A stretch of 64,000 nt of DNA, from NCBI GenBank assembly GCA_973895155.1, contig OZ316895.1, forward strand, positions 7,180,184-7,244,183, given 5' to 3'. The DNA is from Marsupella aquatica. Its lineage: Eukaryota > Plantae > Marchantiophyta. The position numbers and the translations under genes are program-made. The first letter of the stretch is position 1; every line of letters begins with the position of its first letter. This document shows, in pieces, positions 25,706 through 36,772 of this stretch. The notes under the pieces are model-generated. The model had not been told where the DNA came from, did no database searches, and saw only the letters and a list, made by a program, of their open reading frames with translations.

Positions 25706-26255
25706 CCGTCACAAAAAAACCTCGTCACCTCCCAGGCATGCTCTGATACCACTTGTTAAGCATGGACGACATTTGTAACAGCAAGCCCATGAACCATCCA
25801 ACGTACAAGAGTTGACACAGAGAGATACGTGGTTCACGTCCACATGAGGCTACATCCACGGGAACACACAAGAGTTTATTGCACTCTAGGCCGACCGGCC
25901 ATACCAAGCATCCACAGCACAAGCTCTCCCTATTTCTCAGCTAGCTCCGTAACAATGAGCCTAAGTTCCACCCAAGGTCTCCGTCACAAAAAAACCTTGT
26001 CACCTCCCAGGCATGCTCTGATACCACTTGTTAAGCATGGACGACATTTGTAACAGCAAGCCCATGAACCATCCAACGTACAAGAGTTGACACAGAGAGA
26101 TACGTGGTTCACCTCCGCATGAGGCTACATCCACGGGAACACACAAGAGTTTATTGCATTCTAGGCCGACCGGCCATACCAAGCATCCACAGCACAAGCT
26201 CTCCCTATTTCTCAATTAGCTCCGTAACAATGAGCCTGAGTTCCACCCAGGGTCT
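25706..26255 (-). repeat. 275-bp tandem duplication of the distal LTR part, PBS and leader start
   Basis: 25706-25980 is nearly identical to 25981-26255. PBS copies at 25740-25751 and 26015-26026. Confidence 0.95.
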
Positions 26256-26372
26256 GGCATCAGCCCTGGCTAAATACACAACAACACTACTGTTAACATT
26301 AGCTAAGTCCTAACCTGAGTTAGACTAACTGTGGTTAGCTCATGAATCACAAGACTAGAGCAATATCTAACA
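26029..26372 (-). repeat. 5' LTR of the copia element
   Basis: TG...CA termini (tgttaagc...tctaaca), directly next to the PBS. Confidence 0.95.
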
Positions 26373-26859
26373 GATTAACCTAAGCATTTTTAATTTGGAT
26401 AAGTTAAATTAGGCATGTCATAGAACCCTTGTTTGTAGCAGCAATGCCTCGCACTCTTTATTTTAATTTGAATGCACTTTAAAGATTACTTTTCAAGATA
26501 GAATAAACGTAAGCATTTTTAATTTGGATTGAAGTTAAACTAAGGTGCTATATGAACACCAAATCCACCACATAACCAGGGAAATCATATATGAAAAGTG
26601 TGGCATACTTATGATTACAATAAAAACAAAAGAGTTGTAATTTTGAACATCTTTAGTGACAATGTACTTCTAAGTTTGTGTGGTTTGCATTTGCCCACAT
26701 CTTTGTCCCCTTTGGACCTTGTTTGCTTTTATTACATTGTACTTTATTTGACTCACTTTTTTTATAAAAATGGGCCCCTTTCTGTAAGTCAGGAACCACT
26801 TATTCTTTTTGGGAGGTATATGCTTGATGGACCCTCAAAATGAGAAGTGTTACCAGATG

Positions 26860-27670
26860 AGACCCGTGAGTGATCTAGACCATTCAAAGACCTTGAATTA
26901 AGGTACCCAAAAGTTCATGGGGGTGATTGAGGAGAAAAGTTTGGTTTGGGGGTTCATCAAGCAAATAACACTGTATCACAGAGGGTTTTAGCACTGAATG
27001 CAGTTTTCTGGATGCGTTGAAAACAAGTCATTGGACCCCCTGAGTGATCTAGACCCTTGATAGTCCTTAAATTCATGTACCCAAAACCATTCCTGTACCC
27101 AAAAACCTCATGGGTGCAATTAAGTAGAAAAGTTTGGTTTGGGGTTCATCAAGCAAATACCACTGCAACACAAAAGATCACAAAGGGTTTTAGCACTAAA
27201 TGCAGTTTTCCGGATGCGTTCAAAACAAGTCGTTCGCCCCCTGACTGATCTAGACCCTTGATAGACCTTAAATTTGCATACCCAAAACCTCATGGGGGCA
27301 AATGCGTAAAAAGTTTGGTTTGGAGGTTCATCATGCAAATACCTCTCTTTATGGCCACTTCATCACAAAGATCACAAAGGGTTTTAGCACTGAATGCAGT
27401 TTTCCGGATGCCTTGAAAACAAGTCATTGGACCCCTGAGTGATCTAGACCATTGATATTCCTTAAATTCATGTACCCAAACCTCATGGGGGCCGCTGAGT
27501 GATCTAGACAGTTGATAGTCCTTAAATTCATGTACCCAAAATCTCATGGGGGCGATTAAGTAAAAAAGTTTGGTTTGGGGTTCATCAAACAAATACCTCT
27601 ATTTCTATCACAAAGATTACAAAGGGTTCTAGCACTGAATGCGGTTTTCGAGATGCGTTCAAAACAAGTC
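26860..27670. repeat. Degenerate tandem array (~175-200-bp units, about 4 copies plus a partial copy) upstream of Twinkle
   Basis: Recurring gagtgatctagac, aaagtttggtttggggttcatcaagcaaata, gggttttagcactgaatgcagtttt and aaaacaagtc; units start near 26867, 27042, 27243, 27437 and 27497. Confidence 0.9.
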
Positions 27671-28254
27671 TTTCTGTTGTAGTACTAGGGTTTTAAAAAT
27701 CCAATCCTAAACCCCAGAGATCGACGACCGTTTCACTGCTGTAGAAAGAACGAAAGCAAGAAAGAAAGAAAGAAAGCAGTAGCACTTCTGCCAAAGTGAC
27801 CAGACGAGTGAGAAACTCTGGTCTCCATCGCAATTCAAAACCCTGGAGAGCAGAAGATTTTGATTCTAAGAAACAGTCTCGAAATTCGTGGACCCCAAAC
27901 CCTGACAGAGGGAAGATTTAGACTTGCAATTGTTAGAAACAATCTTGAATTTCTTGGATGCACGCCGTTCTTGGGAGAGCATCGTTGGTCGAGGTGGAGC
28001 ATTGCCTGCTGGGAGCCCCAGGTTGGGATGTACGAATGTTGAATTTAGATCCTGGAGAGTGAGATGAGATTTTGGGCGAGCAGAGTGTATGGAGAGCAGA
28101 AATTGTATTAAGTTGGATTGAAATCGAATTGAGTTGATTCCGTTTTCATGTCCAGCGAGTTGGGGCTCCAAGCACTGAGCTGCGACCCTTCCCATAAAAG
28201 CGGCCAGACTGATTTGGAAGACAGTGAATTGAGTGCAATAGAGAGGCGTAGGGT

Positions 28255-31200
28255 ATGGTGCTGGCTGGGCATGTGTCAGCGGCTGGCGGGAGGATTCAGG
28301 GTAGCAGCGTGTGGAGCGTATCGGTGGGGCTAGCCAGGCGGATTTGGTGGGTACCCATTGACCCATATCTCAGCAACAACTCTCCCCTGCACTTCCGAAG
28401 TGCCGCTGTACGACGCTTTTGCTTAGATCGACGGTCAATTCACTTCGGCTGCAGCTACAAGGGAGTAGCAGCAAGGCGTTGTTATGACCATGGAAGTCCC
28501 AGAATTTTCATCTCCAGTACAATTCGCAATGCGGGCTTCCAGGCTGTTGCCGCCAGTAAGTACATCTTTGTTTAGAATCTCTGGGGACTTCTACTATCAT
28601 TTCATATCTATAAAGCTCAGACAACTTGGACAACTTGTGAGTACCACTCAAAGAGCTAGAGAAGGTCAACGAATGCCTCATCAGGGGCGTTGGTTTTTCA
28701 ATGAACATGAATGTGCGGTATGCCAAATCTTGAACTGACCTTTGAGGTTCCTTCAGTAGCCCAAGGAAGCGGACCGGTCGCTAGGGATGCAGTGAAGAAT
28801 GCACGGAACCGGCTTCAAAAGGAGGGGATTAAACTACATGAGTACTATCCCGGGGAATACAGGATTGTGTGTCCTCAGGTACATTCCAGTCCAATTCGTT
28901 CATCGCCTTCTCGCAGAGATAGACATCATGCTGATAGTACGATCACCTCATTTACGTTAGGAACTAGTCAAGTACCACGTTCTTGATCCCCTCCCGTAGA
29001 CAGTGGCTACCAATTCATGTCCCCAAGTTTTTCATCTCTATCCTTCACGTATGCTAACTTCTGCCACTTTGCTGAGCCTACTAGGGAGGCTGCAGATTTT
29101 ATCCGTGTGATTCTTTCTTAGACAAGTTTTTGACTTTTTGCACATTAACTTCAAGCACAACATCGTGTGTGCAGTGTGATGGAGGAACTAACCGTGAAAA
29201 GTCCCTCGGTGTTACAATTGATGGAACAGGGTATGTGTGCTCGCACTACGTCAATTGCCTTGAAATCAAACTTCAAGTTGTTTCCTTGCACGCTTCCAGG
29301 AAGTAAATAGCTACCTGGATCAATAGCAATCCTCAATATGTCTGCATTGTCCGTGTTAATTTAGATGTGGCTTTGCACGACGGCTTGAAGTTGGATTTGG
29401 AGTTATTTTGAATTTTTCGGAGAAGAAATGAATACAAGAGCAGTGGAGACGGAGATGAATTGCGGTCTTCTGAATTTCTTGCTGGTCGGATACACAGATT
29501 TGCTGTCTGGAATTGCTTTAGAGGAACTTGTGGGTGGAGCGGACCTGCTAAGGTAGGATTCATAACCAACTCTGATTCTTGTTCTATTTTTGCTGTCCCT
29601 TGCTGTCCTGGACTGCAATAGTAGGCCTTGAGATTTCATATAAGAAAGTCTGGCTGCGACATGTTGCCATCATTATTTCAGTTCCGCGTAGGATTTTGTG
29701 TCTTTTTCCTTGTAGAAAAGGCACCCATCCGCTCTCGGTCGAATGCGGCACATGCGCACCGTAAAACATTCAAGCAACATTCATTATTTTTGTTATTTCG
29801 CATGTTTCTGAAGCAGAAACATGGAATTGCCACGCAAGCAAAGGCTCAAGGTAGTGAGGCGTTTACGAAAAATGGGTTAGCAACGACTTCTAGACCTGTG
29901 AAATCCTCAGCACCAAAATTGAGGCACACGCCGCAAAGTCTGAAGATACAGCCCGATCTCGCACAAGAGGTTAGAATCTCTGACGATGTAACCTTAGCTG
30001 GGTTTGAATTTGTTTCTGAATACATATTTAAATAGTCGATTTTTTGTGTCTTATATTGTCTTATATAAAGAATGATTTGTACCATCGATTAAAACAAATC
30101 TGGGCAACCCTCAATGTTGTGCTTAAAAATTAGTATGATTTAAGCTCGTTCACTATGGTTGCAGGTCATAGAGTGGTTCAATAGCCGTAAAATCTCAAGG
30201 AAGACACTTCAACTGCAGAAAGTGATGGAAGGGACAGAAGGCAGCGAAGTGAATACTCAACCTCTTTGATTTATTCAATTCTATTGATGTACTTTCCCGC
30301 TGTTTCAGGCATTGAGATTAAAATTCAGGATTTGTGTTGTAGCTGACGAGACACATGTGCTTATTGGTGACAGGTTGTCGTTGCTTTTCCATATTTTCGT
30401 GACGGAGAGATTGTGAATTGCAAGTTCCGAGCTCCTGTCAAAAAGTTTTGGCAAGTACGTATATACTGAGTTGTCCTTGTTCCACCTTTGTTTCCACTCA
30501 TGTTACGTTTCAGTGTCTTGGCAGTGCTCGCTGACACACCTGTTAACTTCTTTGGCAGGTGTCAGGTGCTGAGAAGGTGCTCTATGGCCTGGATGATATT
30601 AAAGATGTGAAAGACATAATCATTGTACGTTGAAAGTCTTTGCGTCCAACTGGAGGTCTCTTGTAGAACCGTAATGTTTTGTGGTCGTAGCTTGTGGTTT
30701 TGTAGTTTAGGACCTTGAAAGTCATTACTAAGTGATCACTCTACATATTATTCTTTTGTATTTGTTGCTATTAGTTCCATCCGCGTCCTGTTTTATCCAT
30801 CCAGGGCTTGAACTCCATGGCCAAAAGGCTATCATTGCCATACAATCAATACAGCCTACATTGAAATCAGTGAAACACTGAGAGCTTGGAATCCAGAACA
30901 TCCCGGATGAATACCCCCCTTACAGTGATGTCCATGATGACATAACGTGACGTGTATTTGTAGGTTGAGGGTGAGATGGACAAGCTGTCACTACGTGAAG
31001 CTGGTTACGCAAACTGTGTCAGTGTACCAGATGGGGCGCCTGCAAGGATATCTGGGGATGTATCACTTCCGCCTCCAACACAGGTTTCTTCATATCCTTA
31101 TTGAGTGTGTGATGCGTGGACTTCAATGCCAGGATGTCTACTTTCCTGATTTCATGAGGCCAGACCATTTATTGTGACCAGGGCAGGAATCTCTGTGGAG

Positions 31201-34200
31201 CATTTGCTAGTATCAAAATCTGGATAATTTTGCAGGTTCATGGTTTCCAAAAATCAAGCATCACGGTTTTCTCTTTCTAGACCTTTCGGTATCATTCTCG
31301 ATCTCAATCTGCATAGCTAGAACTCACAGGGGCTGCTTCCGTGCAGGATAAGAAGTACGAGTACCTACATAATTGCCGTGATTACTTCAAGGAGGTACCA
31401 TCCTACTAAGATTTTACTAATCCAGAGGTCTTCTCTTGACCGCACAAAAGAGATGTTTTTATCTATACTGTGCTTGACAGTTAGGTATCTATTAGAATGG
31501 GTGCTTTTCTATTCTGAACGATGATGAAAACTAGGCTAAAAGTATGGTATCTCACCGTTGTTTTAATGATTTGTGCCTGCAGGCCACTCGAATAGTGCTG
31601 GCCACAGATGCGGACGAGCCTGGTCAAGCACTTGCAGAAGAGTTAGCTCGCCGACTTGGACGTGAGAGGTTCGCTAATCGCCACTTGATATCAAGACTTT
31701 GGTTGTTTTATGTCTGTTTGGATTAGTATAGATGTGTCTGTCCAAGTAGCTTCATACCTCTTGAATCCTTCTGAACAATTGGGTTTAAACACTGCGTGTT
31801 TTTTGTGAAGCTCAGGTGCTGGCGTGTCACGTGGCCCACACGAACTAACGGCAAACAATGCAAGGATGCAAATGAGGTACCAAACACTCTACATCGCTGC
31901 CACTGCGGACCATTTCTGTGGTGGACTACCAAATTCACAAAGTGGGAAGCAATATTTTATCCTTGAAAGTTCTTTCTTGGATGTCCTTAATATTTATGTG
32001 GCTCCCTATTACGGAAGGAAAAAAGAGGGTTACTAAAACTGTGCAGAATCACTCTAAGTCTTGTTCAGGCAGGATCTCTAATAATAGATTGATCTCTTTC
32101 TTCGAACCAGATGTGTCTCCTTTTCGCATAATTGATTTTCGTCTGGAGGACGTAAACATGTCCTACACCACCCTCCTAAAGCATTATGCTTCTATTCTTT
32201 CTACAGGTTTTATGTGATTTGGGACCTGAGGCTCTTTCAGAAGTCATTGAAACAGCAGAACTTTACCCTATCCGTGGATTGTTTCGATTTTCCCAATTTT
32301 TTAAGGAGCTTGATGACTACTACTTCTTGAGGCTGGGAGATGAACGAGGAGTCTCGACAGGTTGGCGTGGCCTGGATGAAATCTATAGGGTACATTGCAG
32401 ACAATTTTTAAACATTCCATGAGATTAGGCCTCTTCCCGATTTATGCCAGGTTTAACAGTAGTATCGATGCTGTAATGTCTACTAGGTCCGAAAAGGGAG
32501 TGCTAGGGTTGCTTTTGTGGAATTGTGTATGGGTGTAGTGTTTATTGTTTTCAGATGGTATTCAACGAGTCTATTGTGAAGTGTTGATGCATAAATGATT
32601 GCAATTATCATACTTGTAGAACGAAGCACTGGGATTCTTGTAAATTGTGTGGTCTTTGAATTTGACCAGGTAGTACCAGGAGAACTAACTGTGGTAACTG
32701 GAGTGCCAAACTCTGGCAAAAGTGAGTGGATTGATGCTCTTCTCTGTAATCTGAATCGAAATAAAAGCTGGACGTTTGCCCTTTGCTCAATGGAAAATAA
32801 GGTCGTCCTCGTGCACCCTCATTTGTTTTCTTACAATGGTGGCTGTTTGGTAACTGCTTTTAGACTTCCAGAGACTGATGAAGTTTTAGTAGTCCTTGTT
32901 GACCAAGTATTGGATTGCATCTGTTATTGTGGTTGAAACTCAGCTGGGGGGAAGCTTGCTTTAACATTTTTCCGTTGAGAATCCATAGTTCTAAACGTTA
33001 AGGGTATGATCTGCAGGTCCGTGAGCATGGTCGAAAACTTCTTGAAAAACACTTGACGAAGCCTTTCTTTGACGCACCGTAAGTCATCATCTTCCAACAG
33101 ACATATCAATAGTTATAGTTAATTTACGTTTTCAATTCTCGACGATTGATCAGATCCTTAAGTGATGGTGGTTGGACATTGCAGCTATGCTAACTCAATC
33201 AAGCGGATGAGCAAAGTGGACCTCGACAAGGGCAAACAATGGCTCAACGAAAATTTCTTTCTAATAAGGTGGGGACAACCGACGTCAGATTAACGTAGTA
33301 TTTCGATCTGACATCGGTGACCATTTCAGATGCTAAGATTTAGCAAGAGTTATTCTTTTAATTTTAGACAATGTGAAATGCCTGAAGATTTTGCGTTTGA
33401 ATGCTCTTTTGCAATCCTAATGGGGACAAGATATAGAGAGTGCGGGAGACCACTTTACTCTTGTGTTGGTCAATACACCTGACTTGTGGCTAACTGTGAA
33501 CTACAGATGTGAAGATGACGAACTCCCTTCAGTGGACTGGGTCCTGAATCTTGCAAAGGCTGCAGTAATGAGGCATGGCATCCGAGGACTAGTGATTGAT
33601 CCTTACAACGAGCTTGATCATCAACGCCCCAGCAGTCAGTGCGTAGTGACCTTCTACACTAATTTGTCAATCAGAAATTATGTAATTAACGTCCGGCATT
33701 GCTTCCTGCAAAATCTCCGTAGTGTTTTAAAGTAAACTGTGTGTTGTTTGGATGTAGGACGGAGACAGAGTATGTGAGTCAAATGTTAACTCGTGTGAAG
33801 AGATTTGCACAACATCATGATTGTCATGTCTGGTTTGTTGCACATCCAAAACAGGTTTGTATATTTTTAAACCCTAAACAAGTTGTCTTCAGACCCAGGC
33901 TGTTACAGTTGCTACAGTTCATGCGGCACTCGCAAAATATCAAAAATTGTTAATCAAGGTCCACAGCGAGATTTTGATGTCAGCTTGTAGAGCGCGTACA
34001 CAAACTTTGTTGCGACCTCTGTGAGATCGTGCACAAGACTAAATCATGATGTTTTCAATGATATTTAGGTGTGTCTTTGCGCTGGCGGCTGATGCCATGG
34101 ACTCGCACAACAGAAGTTTCTCACATTGCACTTTGTGATTTTGCAGCTCCAAGTTTGGAGAGGTGAAGCTCCAGGACTGTATGACATCAGTGGCAGTGCG

Positions 34201-34777
34201 CACTTCATCAATAAGTGTGACAATGGAATAGTGATCCATCGCAATCGTGATCCAGATGCAGGTCCTCTAGATCAAGTTAAGGTATGAAATCAAACTTCAT
34301 ATTCCTGATGCGCGTTCTTGGATATGGATTATGAACTTGGTGTTGTTGCATTGCAAGTTTCAAACTCTTACATGCCCAACTTTGTAATTCTTGACATGAA
34401 GGTTCTTGTAAGAAAAGTGCGGAATAAGGCAGCAGGCACAATCGGGGAAGCACCACTACAATACAACAGGTAAATGTTTTCCTATTCCCCGATACATCTT
34501 TTGTTGGTCCTGATTGAAAGGAGCATTGTTGGTCCTGTGAAGTATGTCACAAGGCCTACCCTATTCCTCACAGATTATACCCTCCCAAAGCCTCAAAAAA
34601 TTAGCAGGTGCCTGCCCAAGCTGACTCAAGTAATCTATGGAAAATCCAACCTCTTCTGGTTCAAAGTAGCGTTCTAGATAGCGCTGGGATTTAGTAGTCA
34701 TTGCCACTACGACCCGGTAACATTTCCCGGTAATTTATACGCGCAGGGCTACGGGAGAGTATGCAGACGTCGAGTAG
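28255..34777 (+). CDS. TWINKLE: Twinkle homolog: organellar T7 gp4-like DNA primase-helicase, about 20 exons
   Basis: Transit-peptide-like N-terminus; Zn domain CPQ|CDGG...WNCFRGTCGW; TOPRIM VEGEMDKLS, SVPDGAP, ATDADEPG; helicase STGWRGLD, Walker A TGVPNSGKSEW, VIDPYNE, VAHPKQ, DISGSAHF. Ends ATGEYADVE*. The start codon is inferred. Confidence 0.93.
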
Positions 34778-35579
34778 TGGAGCAAATGCTTTCAACATTG
34801 AAGTTGTTCGCTCCTTGTGAGAGCTAGGGTGACAGGAGAGCATGCTTTTAACATTGAGGCTGTTCGCTTCAACTATGGTTACGAAAGTTCTTACCCGGAG
34901 TCGAAGATGCCGAGTCAACGGACAGGTTTACCGATTTTTCAAGCAAAAAGGTTCCAAGCATTTCGTTTTTAGCAAACTGTCTACTGTGAAAATTCTAGCA
35001 ATCGTTCATCTTGATTTGCCGAGGTACAAGCCCTAGATACACGGTAGGGCTAGCATAGCAGACGACAGGCTTAAACCACCCCTCTTGCTCATACTGTCCA
35101 AAGGGCCAGCTTAGTCTATCAGACAGTAACTGCTCTGACCCGAGTGGTATCACTCGAACCAAACGAGTCTAGTTACAGTAAACTGGTAGATAGGAGCATA
35201 GATAGAGGCCCATCAGGACGTCACAGCAGTTTTGTATACAGATTTTGAAAGAAATCATTGATACCTGCCTGTCACTCAATCTACAGTCATCGGATGTGGC
35301 TTGCACTGTTTCATAATTGGATGTGGTTCAAAGCTAAGTTTCATCTTCTACTATCATCTGTGAGGTCTTTATAGTTGTCCCTGATAAATGGAAGCGATAG
35401 AATTCACCCTACATAAAGAATGTTAAGTACCAACAAAACAACCCTCGGTGGGAGGCACAATTCTATGTTAGACGTCGCACACCCTATTGCCGTCCCCCCA
35501 AAAACAGTCTACAATGCTTATACATGTTCGTCATCAGATCATGTGCATGAATATAAGGTATTATTGTATTGTTCAGACG

Positions 35580-36240
35580 TCGGAAACTTTCTGTATGTCT
35601 TAGGCCCAGAAACTGTGTCGCAAGATATCTAGTGAGAAGCTAGGTTGATGTCCAACTTCTGAAGAGTAGAGTTGTTTTTTGCCTTGAAAATATCAATTGA
35701 ATCTCATTCAAAAAGCCCACATACTCTGAAGAACAGCATTGTCATTCGCATGTGACGAATTTCTGTGCTTTGTAAGACACCAGAGTTTGTGTGTTTGCAA
35801 CGCCCGGAAAATTCGTGGCATGATATCAAATGAAACTAAGTTGAAAGCCATCTTTTGTAGTTCGACTCATGTCATTTGCACGTAAGAAATTTCTGTTTGC
35901 TTGTAAGAAATTCCTGTCCTCTTTCCCCCCCGGGAATGCTGTATTTTTTAGGCACGGAAAGTTGGTCGCATGAGTGATCTACGTTGTTGTCTATCTTCTG
36001 ATAGCTAGAGTCACGTCGTTTCTTGCAAGGAATTTCTGTATTTCTTAGGCCCGGAAACTGTGTTGCATGATATCCAATGAAGTCTATCCCCTACCAACCA
36101 GAGTCATGTCACTTGCAAAAACGGAATTTCTGTAGTTTTTACATTCCGGGAATTTGTGTATTTTTTAGGCCCGCCAAACGTGTCGCATGATATCAAGTGA
36201 AGTTAAATTGATGTTTATCTTCTGAAACAAGAGTCGTTCT
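35580..36240. repeat. Degenerate tandem array (~5 units of roughly 100-170 bp) between the convergent Twinkle and GLDP 3' ends
   Basis: Recurring aatttctgta...taggccc.gaaa.tgtgtcgcatgatatc.a.tga at ~35590, ~35800, ~35945, ~36035 and ~36160. Confidence 0.75.
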
Positions 36241-36772
36241 CACCTTCCTAGTGCCACAACAAGATCATTTGATAAGATTTCATCAATATATCAAGAGTCA
36301 GTGATCCTAGCTGTTTGCTGAGCAACAGAAGGGTCCTGCCTCATAAGATTACACGGTTCGCTTTTTCTCCATCTTGAGGGTAATACCTTTGAACTTTCTC
36401 ATCCCAGGTCCTCCTGAGGAAGAAATAGCTGTACCTTCAATGCCAGTAATGTACACAAGACTTCAAATGACTCTTCACAATCTTTTACACCAGCTAGGTC
36501 CACCTTAACGCCAGCAAATCTGGATGGCCCAGATTGTTCCTACCTGCTGTACTAAGTTAAAGCTTTATGTAACTGCTGTCGCAACATGTTTACATTTGAC
36601 CTGTTACCGGGCCAACAACCTAATCTGGCTCCTCTGCAAAAGAATGACTGTACAACATGGTACTGCATAGCTAGCTACCCGAAGTCACGCCCCGTGATGT
36701 AGTAATCACAATATTTGGAAGATATGTCGGGCCATCATAATTCCTTGCAACCTTGAAATGTGGTTAGGCTGT

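Larger units (their letters stand above)
19088..26372 (-). mobile_element. Ty1/copia LTR retrotransposon, full length but decayed
   Basis: LTRs at 26029-26372 (5') and 19088-19422 (3'). tRNA-iMet PBS TGGTATCAGAGC, PPT at 19423-19435, gag-PR-IN-RT-RNaseH order. Imperfect TSD gattt/gatta. Confidence 0.97.

Noticed and set aside
33278-33319. 13-bp imperfect hairpin in a Twinkle intron
   Set aside because: Too short to separate from chance, with no other support.
35058-35076. RNase P/MRP-like 3' motif (gacgacaggcttaa)
   Set aside because: No matching upstream GGAA.GTC motif to form the P4 helix.
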